In this document: positions 8,776 to 23,225 of the stretch, one piece after another
Layout of the letters: each line of letters begins with the position of its first letter
Position numbering within the stretch: position 1 is the stretch's first letter
Assembly: GCA_963761335.1 (NCBI GenBank)
Contig: CAVXGR010000016.1
Span: 128,001 to 192,000 of the forward strand
Direction of reading: 5' to 3'
DNA length: 64,000 bases
From: an uncultured delta proteobacterium
GTDB taxonomy: Bacteria; Desulfobacterota; Binatia; HRBIN30; BPIQ01
Program-made: the position numbers and the translations under genes
The notes under the pieces: model-generated
The model's database searches: none
Seen by the model: the letters and a program-made list of their open reading frames with translations, nothing else
What the model was told of the DNA's origin: nothing

Positions 8776-10215
8776 ATGGGCCCCAAAGAGCTGCTGTGGG
8801 CCGACTCCGATGTCTATCAGCGCCGCCTCGAGAAGAGCGCGCTCGCACTGATCGCCGTCGGACGTGCAGTTGAGGAAGATCGCAGACTCGCCGGCAGCGC
8901 CTCCGATTTTCTGGATCTGCACGAGTGGGTGTCGAGCGCCGAACCACGGCACTTCACTCAGGTCTGGAGCGACCCGGTTGCCTATTTCTGGGTGCGGCGC
9001 GCGGTGCACTTCCTGGCCGGCTGCCACGGCGAGCCCCTGGGTACCGTGGAGCGCGCCTATTGCGCGGAAGTAGGGGCGCTCACCGCGGCTGCGGCGCTGG
9101 AGATCCACCTCAACGAGCTCAAGCGTTTCGCCCTTGCGATTGCGCTCGTCGGCGGGTCCGAGATCGCCTTTGCCGAGCCCTACGAGGCGACGCTGCCGCT
9201 GGCGTTTCCCGGTACGGATCTCGTGATCAGCGGGGCCGCGCGGGTGACGATCGCGGGCGTGGCGGGCGGCGCCATCGAGTTGCACGACCCGGCGCGAATG
9301 ATTGCGGTCGAGGACGCCCCGCGCAGTGGCCTCCGTGTCGAGCGCTGTCCCGCCGTCCCCCTCGGCGACTCTCGGGTGTTTCTCAACGCCGCGCGCTTTC
9401 GCCTGCCGGGCATCGGATTTCCGCTCGAATGGACCAAGCGGCCCCTCGAGTTCCAGTTCCAACACCTGCCCACCGTCGTCGAGAGCTTCGAGGCGATCCG
9501 GCGTTTTCAGCCGATGACGTTTGCCCACATGGAGCAGGCGCTGCACACGATCGCGCTTCGATCGAGCGATGGAATCCTGTTCAACATCAGCGCCTCCGAG
9601 CTGCCTGGGGCTTTCGTGTGCACCGTGCCGGCCGATGCGTATGCGCTGGCCGGCGCATTCATTCACGAGTTTCATCACAACACCCTCTTCGCGATCGAGG
9701 AGGCGGGGGCGTTTTTCGAATCGAGCGAGCGCGATGAGGTCGAGGGCGAGAACCACTACTCGCCCTGGGTGGAAACACTGCGGCCGCTGCACGGCATCCT
9801 GCACGCGGTCTATGTCTTCCTGCCCGTGTTTCGCTTCTGGCACGCCGCCATCGACGATGGCTCGCTGGACGAGTCGAGGCTCGCCTACGGCAGGGACCTG
9901 CTGGCGCGAATCCCCGCCCAGCTACGCATCGGCGTCAACCAGCTGCGCCGCCACGCGCGCTTCACGCCGTTCGGATCGATGCTCTTCGAGGAGATGGCGA
10001 AGGAGGTGGCCGAGGCCGAGGAAACCGCGCGTGTGCTGGGCGCGACGCTGCACACGCCGGCGATGGGCATCAGTCCGAGCGGCACTGCCCGGCCCGTCCG
10101 ACGAGACGGGCGGACGGTCACCGTCGGGGAGTCTGTGCTCGAGCACCTGCTGAAGGGCGACATCCACGGCGAGTGCGCCGAAGAGAGGGCCGCACTCGCT
10201 CGGCAGGTCGCCTGA
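8776..10215 (+). CDS. HExxH-motif peptide modification protein (alpha-KG-HExxH beta-hydroxylase family)
   Basis: HEFHH (9664-9678) followed by YSPWVETLRPLHGILHAVY, matching the SPW...RPL.G.LHA.Y signature of RiPP-associated HExxH proteins. Confidence 0.8.
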   Translation: MGPKELLWADSDVYQRRLEKSALALIAVGRAVEEDRRLAGSASDFLDLHEWVSSAEPRHFTQVWSDPVAYFWVRRAVHFLAGCHGEPLGTVERAYCAEVGALTAAAALEIHLNELKRFALAIALVGGSEIAFAEPYEATLPLAFPGTDLVISGAARVTIAGVAGGAIELHDPARMIAVEDAPRSGLRVERCPAVPLGDSRVFLNAARFRLPGIGFPLEWTKRPLEFQFQHLPTVVESFEAIRRFQPMTFAHMEQALHTIALRSSDGILFNISASELPGAFVCTVPADAYALAGAFIHEFHHNTLFAIEEAGAFFESSERDEVEGENHYSPWVETLRPLHGILHAVYVFLPVFRFWHAAIDDGSLDESRLAYGRDLLARIPAQLRIGVNQLRRHARFTPFGSMLFEEMAKEVAEAEETARVLGATLHTPAMGISPSGTARPVRRDGRTVTVGESVLEHLLKGDIHGECAEERAALARQVA

Positions 10216-10320
10216 ATCTGCTCAGGCCGGGATGCCCGCCGCTGTGTCGATGCGAGCGGATAGTCTGCACGGAGGCAGGCGCAGCGTCGACAACGCGCGT
10301 TCTTCGAGCCGACGCCGCAA

Positions 10321-13300
10321 GGGCCAGCCACTGCGGCGCGCCTTTCCGACAGCGGGGGAATCGCCGTCGGCGCCGACGGCAGCCTGTACATCGCCGACTA
10401 CGGCAACAACCGTGTCCGCCGGGTGGGCCCCGACGGCATCATCACCACCGTCGCCGGCAACGGTATGGCTGGGTTCAGCGGCGATGGCGGGCTGGCCACC
10501 GCGGCCCGCCTGATACCTTCGGGAGTCGCGGTCGGCCCTGACGGCAGCCTGTACATCGCCGACTACGGCAACAACCGGATCCGCCGGGTGGGCCCCGACG
10601 GCATCATCACCACGGTCGCCGGCAACGATATGACTGGGTTCAGTGGCGATGGCGGGCTGGCCACTGCGGCTTCGCTGACACCCTTAGGACTCGCGGTCGG
10701 CCCCGACGGCAGCCTGTACATTGCCGGCAACAGGCGCATCCGCCGGGTGAGCCCCGACGGCATCATCACCACCGTGGCCGGGAACGGCATGTTCGGATCC
10801 GATGGTGACGGCGGGCCGGCCCTCGCGGCAAGCCTGACTTCTTCAATAGTCGCGATCGGTCCTGACGGCAGTCTGTACCTTGACTCCGATGATAACCGCA
10901 TCCGCCGGGTCGGTCCCGACGGCATCATCACCACCGTGGCCGGCAATGGTATGTTCGGACCCGGTGGCGACGGTGGTCCAGCCACTGCGGCAAGTCTGTC
11001 CACTCTGTTGGACGTTGCGGTCAGTACCGACGGTAGCCTGTACATCGCCCAAGCGTTCGTCTCACAGGACGTCGATCACCGCATCCGCCGCGTCGGTTCT
11101 GATGGCATCATCACCAACGTCGCTGGCAACCTATATCTATCTCGTGAGTTTAGCGGCGATGGCGGACCGGCGACCGCGGCGAGCTTGAACGAACCGGTGG
11201 GAGTCGCGATCGGCGCCGACGGCGGTCTGTACATCGCCGACAGCGGCAACTACCGCATCCGCCGGGTCGGTCTTCCACTGCCGGGATTCTCGGACACGGA
11301 CATCGCCATCCCTTCCGACGACGGCACCGAGCTGTACCAGTTCGACGCCACCGGTCGCCACCTCCGGACGCTGAATGCTCTGACGGGGGCTACTGTATAC
11401 AGCTTTTCCTACGATACATCCGGACGCCTCTCGGCAATTGCCGACGGCGACAACAACGTCACTACGATCGAGCGTGATGGGGCTGGCATCCCGATGGCCA
11501 TCGGCGCCCCGGACGGCCAGCGCACGACCCTGACGCTGGAGGCGGGTTATCTGCATACTGTGTCCAACCCCGCCGGCGAGCAGGTGGTGATCGACTACGG
11601 CGACGGTGGTCTGATGACCTCCTTCACCAATGCGCGCGGCAAAACCAGCGAGTACACCTATGATGACTTCGGCCGGCTGCGAACCACGACCAGCCCGGAC
11701 CAGGCCGGGCAGACGCTGGCGCTTGACGACACCACCGACGGCTACGAAGTCAGCCGCACGACCGCCCTCGGCCGGCTCACCGATTATCTGGTCGAGGAAA
11801 TCAGCACCGGCGGTCAGAAACGCACCACGACCTTTGCTGACGGTACCAAGACGACCATCGATGTGGGCCGTGACGGCACTACCAAGACGACCCTGCCCGA
11901 CGGCACCATCACCAACCTAATCGAGGGGCCCGACCCCCGCCCCCGGTTCGGCATGCAGGCGCCGGTGACCACCTCCCTGGTGACCACTACCGGTGGACGC
12001 ACGCGGACCGTTCAGGGCAGCCGAACCGCCTCGCTGGCGGCGCCCGACAACCCGCTGAGCCTGATCAGCCTGACCAATACCGCAGTTCTCAACGGCCGGA
12101 TCGCAACCAGCGTCTACACGGCCGCAACGCGAACGCTGCAGAGCACCAGCCCCGGATCGCGCAAGGTCACCTTGATCACCGATACGCAAAGCCGGCCCAC
12201 GACGATCCAGGTGCCCGGCATCGCGGATGTGACCATGGCGTACGACGGCCGCGGCCGCTTGCAGACCGTGACGCAGGGCAGCGGCCCGGACGCGCGCACC
12301 ACCTCGTACGTTTACGGTGCCAATGGCTATCTGCAAAGCATAACCGATCCGATTGGCAGGACCGTGAGCTTTGAGTACGACGCCGCCGACCGCGTCATGC
12401 AGCAGACCCTGCCCGGCAGCCGACAGGTGGGGTTCGGCTACGACGCCAACGGCAACCTCACCTCCGTCACTCCGCCAGGCAAGCCCGCACACGTATTCAC
12501 CTACACGGACGCCGATCTGCCGGAAGAGTACGTCCCTCCAGCCGTCCCCGGCGGAGGCGCAACGACGTATGCCTACAACGCCGATCGGCAGCCGGATCTG
12601 ATCACCCGCCCCGACGGCAGCACGTTGTCGTACCTGTACGACGGCACCGGCAAGCTGAAGAAGCTCACCATCAGCCGCGGCGAGTACGAGTATGACTACT
12701 CGGCGACGACCGGACAGCTGACCTCGGTGTCGGATCCGGGGGGTGGCACGTTGACGTACCAGTACGCAGGCAGCCTGCTGACCGGCGTGACTCGCACCGG
12801 CACGGGCGCGGGCAGCCTGACCTTCGCCTATGACAACGATTTCCGCATCCAGAGCGTGACCGCCAGCGGCTCCAGCGCCATCACCTACGGGTACGACGCC
12901 GACAGCCTGCCGATTTCGGTGGGCAATTTGACCCTGACCTACAGCAACATGAACGCCCTATTGACCGGTACCACGCTCGGCGCGATCGAGGACAGCTACT
13001 CGTACAACGCCTTGGGCGAAGTGGCTGCGTACACGGCTTCCATCGGCGGTTCACCGGCGTATTCCGTGACCTACGGTCATGACAAGCTCGGCCGCATCAC
13101 AGAGAAACAGGAAACACTTCTGGGTGTCAGTACGACGATCGACTACGGCTACGACGACGCCGGGCGCCTGTACGAGGTCCGGGAAAACGGGGCGGTGGCC
13201 CGCACGTACACCTACGACGCCAACGGAAACCGGCTCACCAAGACTGGCCCCAACATCGATGAGACCGGCACCTATGACGACCAAGACCGGATGCTGAGCT

Positions 13301-14343
13301 TTGGCGGGGCGATCTATGCGTACACTGCCAGCGGGGACCTTCAGACCAAGACGGTCGCTGATCAGACGACGACCTATGACTACGACGAACTGGGCAATCT
13401 CGTCAGCGTAGACCTCACGGACGGCACTCGCATCGACTACGACATCGACGGCCTGAACCGCCGCGTCGGCAAACGGGTCAACGGCACGCTGGTGCAAGCC
13501 TTCCGCTACCAGGACCAGATCAAGCCGGCAGTGCAGCTCGATGGCAGCGGCGACGTCGCCGCGAGGTTCGTCTACGGGAGCCGCATCAACGTGCCCGACT
13601 ACATCATCAAAGGAGCGGTGACGTACCGGGTGATCGCCGATCAGCTCGGCAGCCCGCGCCTGGTGGTGGACACTTCGACCGGTGCCGTAGCCCAGCGGAT
13701 CGACTACGATGAGTTCGGGACTGTGTTGACGGATACGAGCCCGGGATTTCAGCCATTTGGGTTTGCGGGTGGGGTCTACGATCGCGACACCCGCCTAGTG
13801 AGGTTCGGGGCGAGGGATTACGATGCGAACCCCGGGCGGTGGCTGGCAAAGGATCGCATTCCGCTTTCAACTACCACGAACGGCTCGACTGGGCTGGGCG
13901 GTGGGAATACGAACCTGTACGAGTATGCGGGCAGCGATCCAATCAACCTGACGGACCCGTTGGGGACGAAGCCATTGGGAAGGGACCATTCCATCGTCGG
14001 CCGATTCACAGAAGGAAGTGCCACAATTCGGCGGTCTCTCGACAACGCGTGCCAAGTCTTTCAAGCGCGAATCGGCGAGCCAATCCTGTCCGGCGACGTT
14101 GTCGAAACGGGGCCGAGAGACGCCGCTTTGATTACCTTTGCCAATGACGAGAGGGTGGTTGTTTCTGAGGGCACGAGCGTCCCTATCGACGCGCTCGTCA
14201 AACTGAATCTGGACCAAGAACGCCGCAGCAGCAGCTTTTTTGGCGTGCTGCGGGGCATATTTGTATACACGAGTGGCCTTATTGAGCAGTCGTCGCCTCA
14301 GTATGACTACAATTTCGGCGGTATGGGAGGAATAAGGGGCTAG
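10321..14343 (+). CDS. Teneurin-like NHL-repeat plus YD/Rhs-repeat protein with FecR-like C-terminal domain; apparently 5'-truncated (first usable start GTG 10423)
   Basis: Six NHL repeats (GIAVGxDGSLYIAD..RIRRV), YD shell, Rhs core FGARDYD..GRW and DPINLTDPLG; repeat homology starts at 10321 just after an in-frame TAG at 10261; no signal peptide. Confidence 0.85.
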   Translation, partial: GPATAARLSDSGGIAVGADGSLYIADYGNNRVRRVGPDGIITTVAGNGMAGFSGDGGLATAARLIPSGVAVGPDGSLYIADYGNNRIRRVGPDGIITTVAGNDMTGFSGDGGLATAASLTPLGLAVGPDGSLYIAGNRRIRRVSPDGIITTVAGNGMFGSDGDGGPALAASLTSSIVAIGPDGSLYLDSDDNRIRRVGPDGIITTVAGNGMFGPGGDGGPATAASLSTLLDVAVSTDGSLYIAQAFVSQDVDHRIRRVGSDGIITNVAGNLYLSREFSGDGGPATAASLNEPVGVAIGADGGLYIADSGNYRIRRVGLPLPGFSDTDIAIPSDDGTELYQFDATGRHLRTLNALTGATVYSFSYDTSGRLSAIADGDNNVTTIERDGAGIPMAIGAPDGQRTTLTLEAGYLHTVSNPAGEQVVIDYGDGGLMTSFTNARGKTSEYTYDDFGRLRTTTSPDQAGQTLALDDTTDGYEVSRTTALGRLTDYLVEEISTGGQKRTTTFADGTKTTIDVGRDGTTKTTLPDGTITNLIEGPDPRPRFGMQAPVTTSLVTTTGGRTRTVQGSRTASLAAPDNPLSLISLTNTAVLNGRIATSVYTAATRTLQSTSPGSRKVTLITDTQSRPTTIQVPGIADVTMAYDGRGRLQTVTQGSGPDARTTSYVYGANGYLQSITDPIGRTVSFEYDAADRVMQQTLPGSRQVGFGYDANGNLTSVTPPGKPAHVFTYTDADLPEEYVPPAVPGGGATTYAYNADRQPDLITRPDGSTLSYLYDGTGKLKKLTISRGEYEYDYSATTGQLTSVSDPGGGTLTYQYAGSLLTGVTRTGTGAGSLTFAYDNDFRIQSVTASGSSAITYGYDADSLPISVGNLTLTYSNMNALLTGTTLGAIEDSYSYNALGEVAAYTASIGGSPAYSVTYGHDKLGRITEKQETLLGVSTTIDYGYDDAGRLYEVRENGAVARTYTYDANGNRLTKTGPNIDETGTYDDQDRMLSFGGAIYAYTASGDLQTKTVADQTTTYDYDELGNLVSVDLTDGTRIDYDIDGLNRRVGKRVNGTLVQAFRYQDQIKPAVQLDGSGDVAARFVYGSRINVPDYIIKGAVTYRVIADQLGSPRLVVDTSTGAVAQRIDYDEFGTVLTDTSPGFQPFGFAGGVYDRDTRLVRFGARDYDANPGRWLAKDRIPLSTTTNGSTGLGGGNTNLYEYAGSDPINLTDPLGTKPLGRDHSIVGRFTEGSATIRRSLDNACQVFQARIGEPILSGDVVETGPRDAALITFANDERVVVSEGTSVPIDALVKLNLDQERRSSSFFGVLRGIFVYTSGLIEQSSPQYDYNFGGMGGIRG

Positions 14344-14370
14344 AATTTGGGCGGGGTCGGACTATCGCAA

Positions 14371-14407
14371 CCTCCAAGTCCGAGGACTTGCGGGGCTTTC
14401 GTTTTCT
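14371..14407 (+). terminator. Putative intrinsic terminator after the Rhs gene
   Basis: CAAGTC-CGAG-GACTTG stem-loop followed by a T-rich tract (CTTTCGTTTTCT). Confidence 0.45.
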
Positions 14408-14464
14408 CGACTCGATCGCAGGCAAGGAGTTGACCTGGCCTGGGGCCTCGGCGATGGTCGGGAT

Positions 14465-15334
14465 GTGTCGACGCCCCTGATCATCGAAGCCGCCATCAAC
14501 GGTGCCACCACCAAGGCGCAGAACCCAAACGTCCCACGCGCGGTCGACGAGATCGTCGAGTGCGCGTGCGCCTGCATCGGGGCCGGTGCGGCGATCGTCC
14601 ACCACCACACCGACGACAGCATCTTCGACGCGCGCCATGCGACGGCACCGTACCGCGAGGCATGGAGGCGCATTCATGCCAGGCATGCCGGCATCATACT
14701 TTATCCCACGATGGGCAGCGGCGGGGCGCAAACCAATCCGAAGGAGCGTTACGCGCACATCGAAGAGCTGGCGGACGAGGGCCTGCTGGAACTGGCGATC
14801 ATCGATCCAGGTTCCGTGAGTCTCGGCCCGTACGACTCCGAAGGCCTGCCGATGGCGGTCGACTTCGTCTACCAGAATACCTTCGCCGACGTGCGCTACA
14901 TGGCGGAGTCGTGCTGTGCGCGCGGGGTCGGCGCGCACGTCTCGATCTTCGAGCCCGGCTTCCTGCGCGTGGCCCTCGCGTATCACCACGCCGGCCGTTT
15001 CCCTCGCGCGCTCAAGCTCCAGCTCTACTTTGGCGGGCCGGCGTTGCCGTTCGGTCTGCCGCCGACCGAGAAGAGCCTCGACGCCTATCTCGCCATGCTC
15101 GAAGGCACCGGACTGCCATGGATGGTCGGGGTTCTCGGCGGCGACGTGCGCGAATCACTGGCGGAGGTCGCGATCCGACGCGGGGGACACGTGCGCGTGG
15201 GGCTGGAAGACTATTTCGGGACCAGAACGCCGCGAAACGAGGATCTCGTCTCAGAGATCGTCGAGATGGCGGCTCGATGCGGGCGCCCGGTTGCGACGGC
15301 GGCCCAAACCGCAGTCGCGCTTGGGCTGCGCTGA
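14465..15334 (+). CDS. Beta-keto acid cleavage enzyme family (BKACE / 3-keto-5-aminohexanoate cleavage-like)
   Basis: LIIEAAING, GAAIVHHH metal site and GGHVRVGLED motif. Confidence 0.9.
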   Translation: MSTPLIIEAAINGATTKAQNPNVPRAVDEIVECACACIGAGAAIVHHHTDDSIFDARHATAPYREAWRRIHARHAGIILYPTMGSGGAQTNPKERYAHIEELADEGLLELAIIDPGSVSLGPYDSEGLPMAVDFVYQNTFADVRYMAESCCARGVGAHVSIFEPGFLRVALAYHHAGRFPRALKLQLYFGGPALPFGLPPTEKSLDAYLAMLEGTGLPWMVGVLGGDVRESLAEVAIRRGGHVRVGLEDYFGTRTPRNEDLVSEIVEMAARCGRPVATAAQTAVALGLR

Positions 15335-15689
15335 GAGAGAAGGAACGAGGGGCCTCTTCGCTGACCTCACCATGACGACCGATCGCTAGCTGCCGCCGAG
15401 GCAATCCTCGTACAGCGCCAGGTGGCGGCGGGCGAGATGCCTGCAGGCCGGCGAGAGGAAATCACGGTGCCCGCCACGGTGACCGGTGAAACCGTATCAC
15501 AGGCGTCGCTCGGAAAGGCGAGTCGTACACTCCTTCGGCGGATCTGTCGAAAGTGATTCATTGTGCAGAAAGAGGAGTTGGAGAGGCGACGGTTGGTAGC
15601 GGCCCAATATTTCGGCGATGCGGGGCCTGGTGCCGGTCCTTGAGATTCGAGTTGCGATGGCCGGTCGTCGTCCCCGCTCGCCCCTGAGG

Positions 15690-16457
15690 TCACACATCCT
15701 CGGGGCGGAAGCCCCAGGCGCGCAGGATCGCGGCTTCGTCCTCGGCACTCATCGCCTTCTTGAAACGGGCTCCGGAGACGCCTCGGACGCGCTTCTCGCA
15801 CTCGGCCCAGGTGGCGTGGCGCATCGGCTGGCCGCCGACGGCGCTGAGGTACGAGTACGGCCGCCCGGCCGCCGCGCCGCGCCCACCGCTCGAGCCGCGC
15901 TTGCGCGGTGCGTCCGGGGGGCGGCGGCGCGGTACGCCGGCCGCCGGACGCTGGTCGAGATCGACCGCGTAGCCCGGCAGCGGTCCGCGGTAGAGCTCGG
16001 TCGGCTCCATGGCGGCGAAGGACACGGCGATCTCGTCGGCGCGCTCGTTGCCGGGATTGCCGGTGTGCCCGGGCACGTAGGTCCAGACGACGGCGTCGTC
16101 GGCGCTGCGCCCGGTGGCCAGGCGCCACAGCTGCTCCCAGTACGAGCGGTTGAGCACGTCCTTGCCCTCCGCCGTCTTCCATCCCTTGCGGCGCCAGCCG
16201 TGGATCCACTGGGTGATGCCGTGGATGACGTAGGTGGAATCGGTGTACAGCGACACCTTCCCGGGAGTCCCCGCGATACCCTGCAGCGCGGCGATCACCG
16301 CCGCCAGCTCCATCTTGTTGTTGGTCGTGTGCTGCGAGCCGCCGCCGAGCTCGGTGACCATGCCGTCGGGGGTTGCGACGATGGCGCCCCAGCCCCCCGG
16401 GCCGGGATTCCCCTTGGCTGCCCCGTCGGTGAAGATGATGATCCCGCCTTCCGCCAT
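15690..16457 (-). CDS. rnhA: Ribonuclease HI with C-terminal viroplasmin (hybrid-binding) domain
   Basis: FTDGAAKGNPGPGGWG, TTNNKMEL, TDSTYV and GHTGNPGNERAD; C-terminal TWAECEKRVRGVSGARFKK; ATG at 16457. Confidence 0.92.
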   Translation of the reverse strand: MAEGGIIIFTDGAAKGNPGPGGWGAIVATPDGMVTELGGGSQHTTNNKMELAAVIAALQGIAGTPGKVSLYTDSTYVIHGITQWIHGWRRKGWKTAEGKDVLNRSYWEQLWRLATGRSADDAVVWTYVPGHTGNPGNERADEIAVSFAAMEPTELYRGPLPGYAVDLDQRPAAGVPRRRPPDAPRKRGSSGGRGAAAGRPYSYLSAVGGQPMRHATWAECEKRVRGVSGARFKKAMSAEDEAAILRAWGFRPEDV

Positions 16458-16505
16458 TGCCGCACCTCTTCCCCTCCGCCCGCGAATGACCCAACATGCG
16501 TTCGT

Positions 16506-17375
16506 ATGATATCGGCCGGCAATTGCAAGCCGGGGCGGCTGTACGTGGTGGCCACGCCGCTCGGCAACCTCGAGGACATCAGCGCGCGGGCCCTGCACCT
16601 GCTGGGCGAGGTCGACGTGATCGCCGCCGAGGATACACGCCACAGTCGCAAGCTCCTCGCCCACTACGGCATCCGCACGGCGATGACCAGCTACTACGAC
16701 GAGGTCGAGGCCGCCAAGGCGCCGTCGCTGGTGCGCGAGCTGCTCGCCGGCCGCGACGTGGCGCTCATCTCCGACGCCGGCACCCCGGGGATCGCCGATC
16801 CGGGCTATCGCCTGGTGCGCGCCGCCGCCGAGGCGGGCATCGAGGTCGTGGCGGTGCCCGGCCCCTGCGCCGCGATCGCGGCGCTCAGCGTCAGCGGGCT
16901 GCCGACCGATCGCTTCGCCTTCGAAGGCTTCCTGCCGGGGAAGGCGTCGCGCCGCCGCGCCCGTCTCGAGGAGCTGCGCCGGGAAGCTCGTACCCTGGTT
17001 TTCTACGAGGCGCCGCACCGGGTGCGCCGAGCGCTGCAGGACATGCACGACATCCTCGGGCCGCGCCAGGTCGCGGTGCTGCGGGAGGCGACCAAGGTGT
17101 TCGAGAGCGTCACCCGCGGGCGGCTCGGCAGCCTGTCGGCCGAAATTCCCGAGCGCGGCGAGGTGACCATCGTCGTCGCCGGTGCCCCCGCCGAGGAGGA
17201 CATATCGGCGCCAGCCGATCTCGACGCCGAGATCGACACACTGCTCGGCCAGGGGGTGCGCACCCGCGAGGTCGCCGAGCGCCTCGCCGGCGCGCACCAT
17301 CTGCCGCGGCGCGAGGTGTATCGCCGCGTCCTCGCCCGCAGCGGCCGCCGCCCAGCCGGGGGCGAGGATATATGA
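16506..17375 (+). CDS. rsmI: 16S rRNA (cytidine1402-2'-O)-methyltransferase
   Basis: LYVVATPLGNLEDIS, AAEDTR, ISDAGTPGIADPG and FYEAPHR motifs. Confidence 0.95.
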   Translation: MISAGNCKPGRLYVVATPLGNLEDISARALHLLGEVDVIAAEDTRHSRKLLAHYGIRTAMTSYYDEVEAAKAPSLVRELLAGRDVALISDAGTPGIADPGYRLVRAAAEAGIEVVAVPGPCAAIAALSVSGLPTDRFAFEGFLPGKASRRRARLEELRREARTLVFYEAPHRVRRALQDMHDILGPRQVAVLREATKVFESVTRGRLGSLSAEIPERGEVTIVVAGAPAEEDISAPADLDAEIDTLLGQGVRTREVAERLAGAHHLPRREVYRRVLARSGRRPAGGEDI

Positions 17376-17455
17376 GATTGTGCGGCCCCCCGCCCGTCAT
17401 TTCCCGCTTTCTAACGACGGGCAAGGGCACGGGCGCGGGCAGGGGAGACGCCGAA

Positions 17456-17737
17456 TCAGAAACGGATGTCGAAATCGTCGAAGCTTCCCTGGGCCTCGCT
17501 CCAACTGGCCTGGACATCGGTGACCTCGGCGCCCCGGGGACCGGCGCGGCACCAGTCGACGAGCTGTTGCAGCCGTTGGCGATCCCCCTCGGCCAGCACC
17601 TCGACCTCTCCGTCCGGAGTGTTGCGCACCCAGCCGGCGAGCCCCAGGCGACGCGCCTGAGCGCGGGTGCTGTAGCGGAAACCGACTCCCTGGACGCGCC
17701 CGGAGATACGCGCCTGCACACGCGCCAGATCCGCCAT
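17456..17737 (-). CDS. acyP: Acylphosphatase
   Basis: GRVQGVGFR and GWVRN signatures; 93 aa. Confidence 0.95.
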   Translation of the reverse strand: MADLARVQARISGRVQGVGFRYSTRAQARRLGLAGWVRNTPDGEVEVLAEGDRQRLQQLVDWCRAGPRGAEVTDVQASWSEAQGSFDDFDIRF

Positions 17738-17741
17738 GGCG

Positions 17742-23191
<5,450 letters not shown>

Positions 23192-23225
23192 GCGGGGCAG
23201 CCTCCCTGGTGCGCGGGCCTGAGTC

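Noticed and set aside
15386..15450. Minus-strand HLARRHLALYEDCLGGS* resembling a glycosyltransferase C-terminus
   Set aside because: Too short and without upstream homology to call a pseudogene
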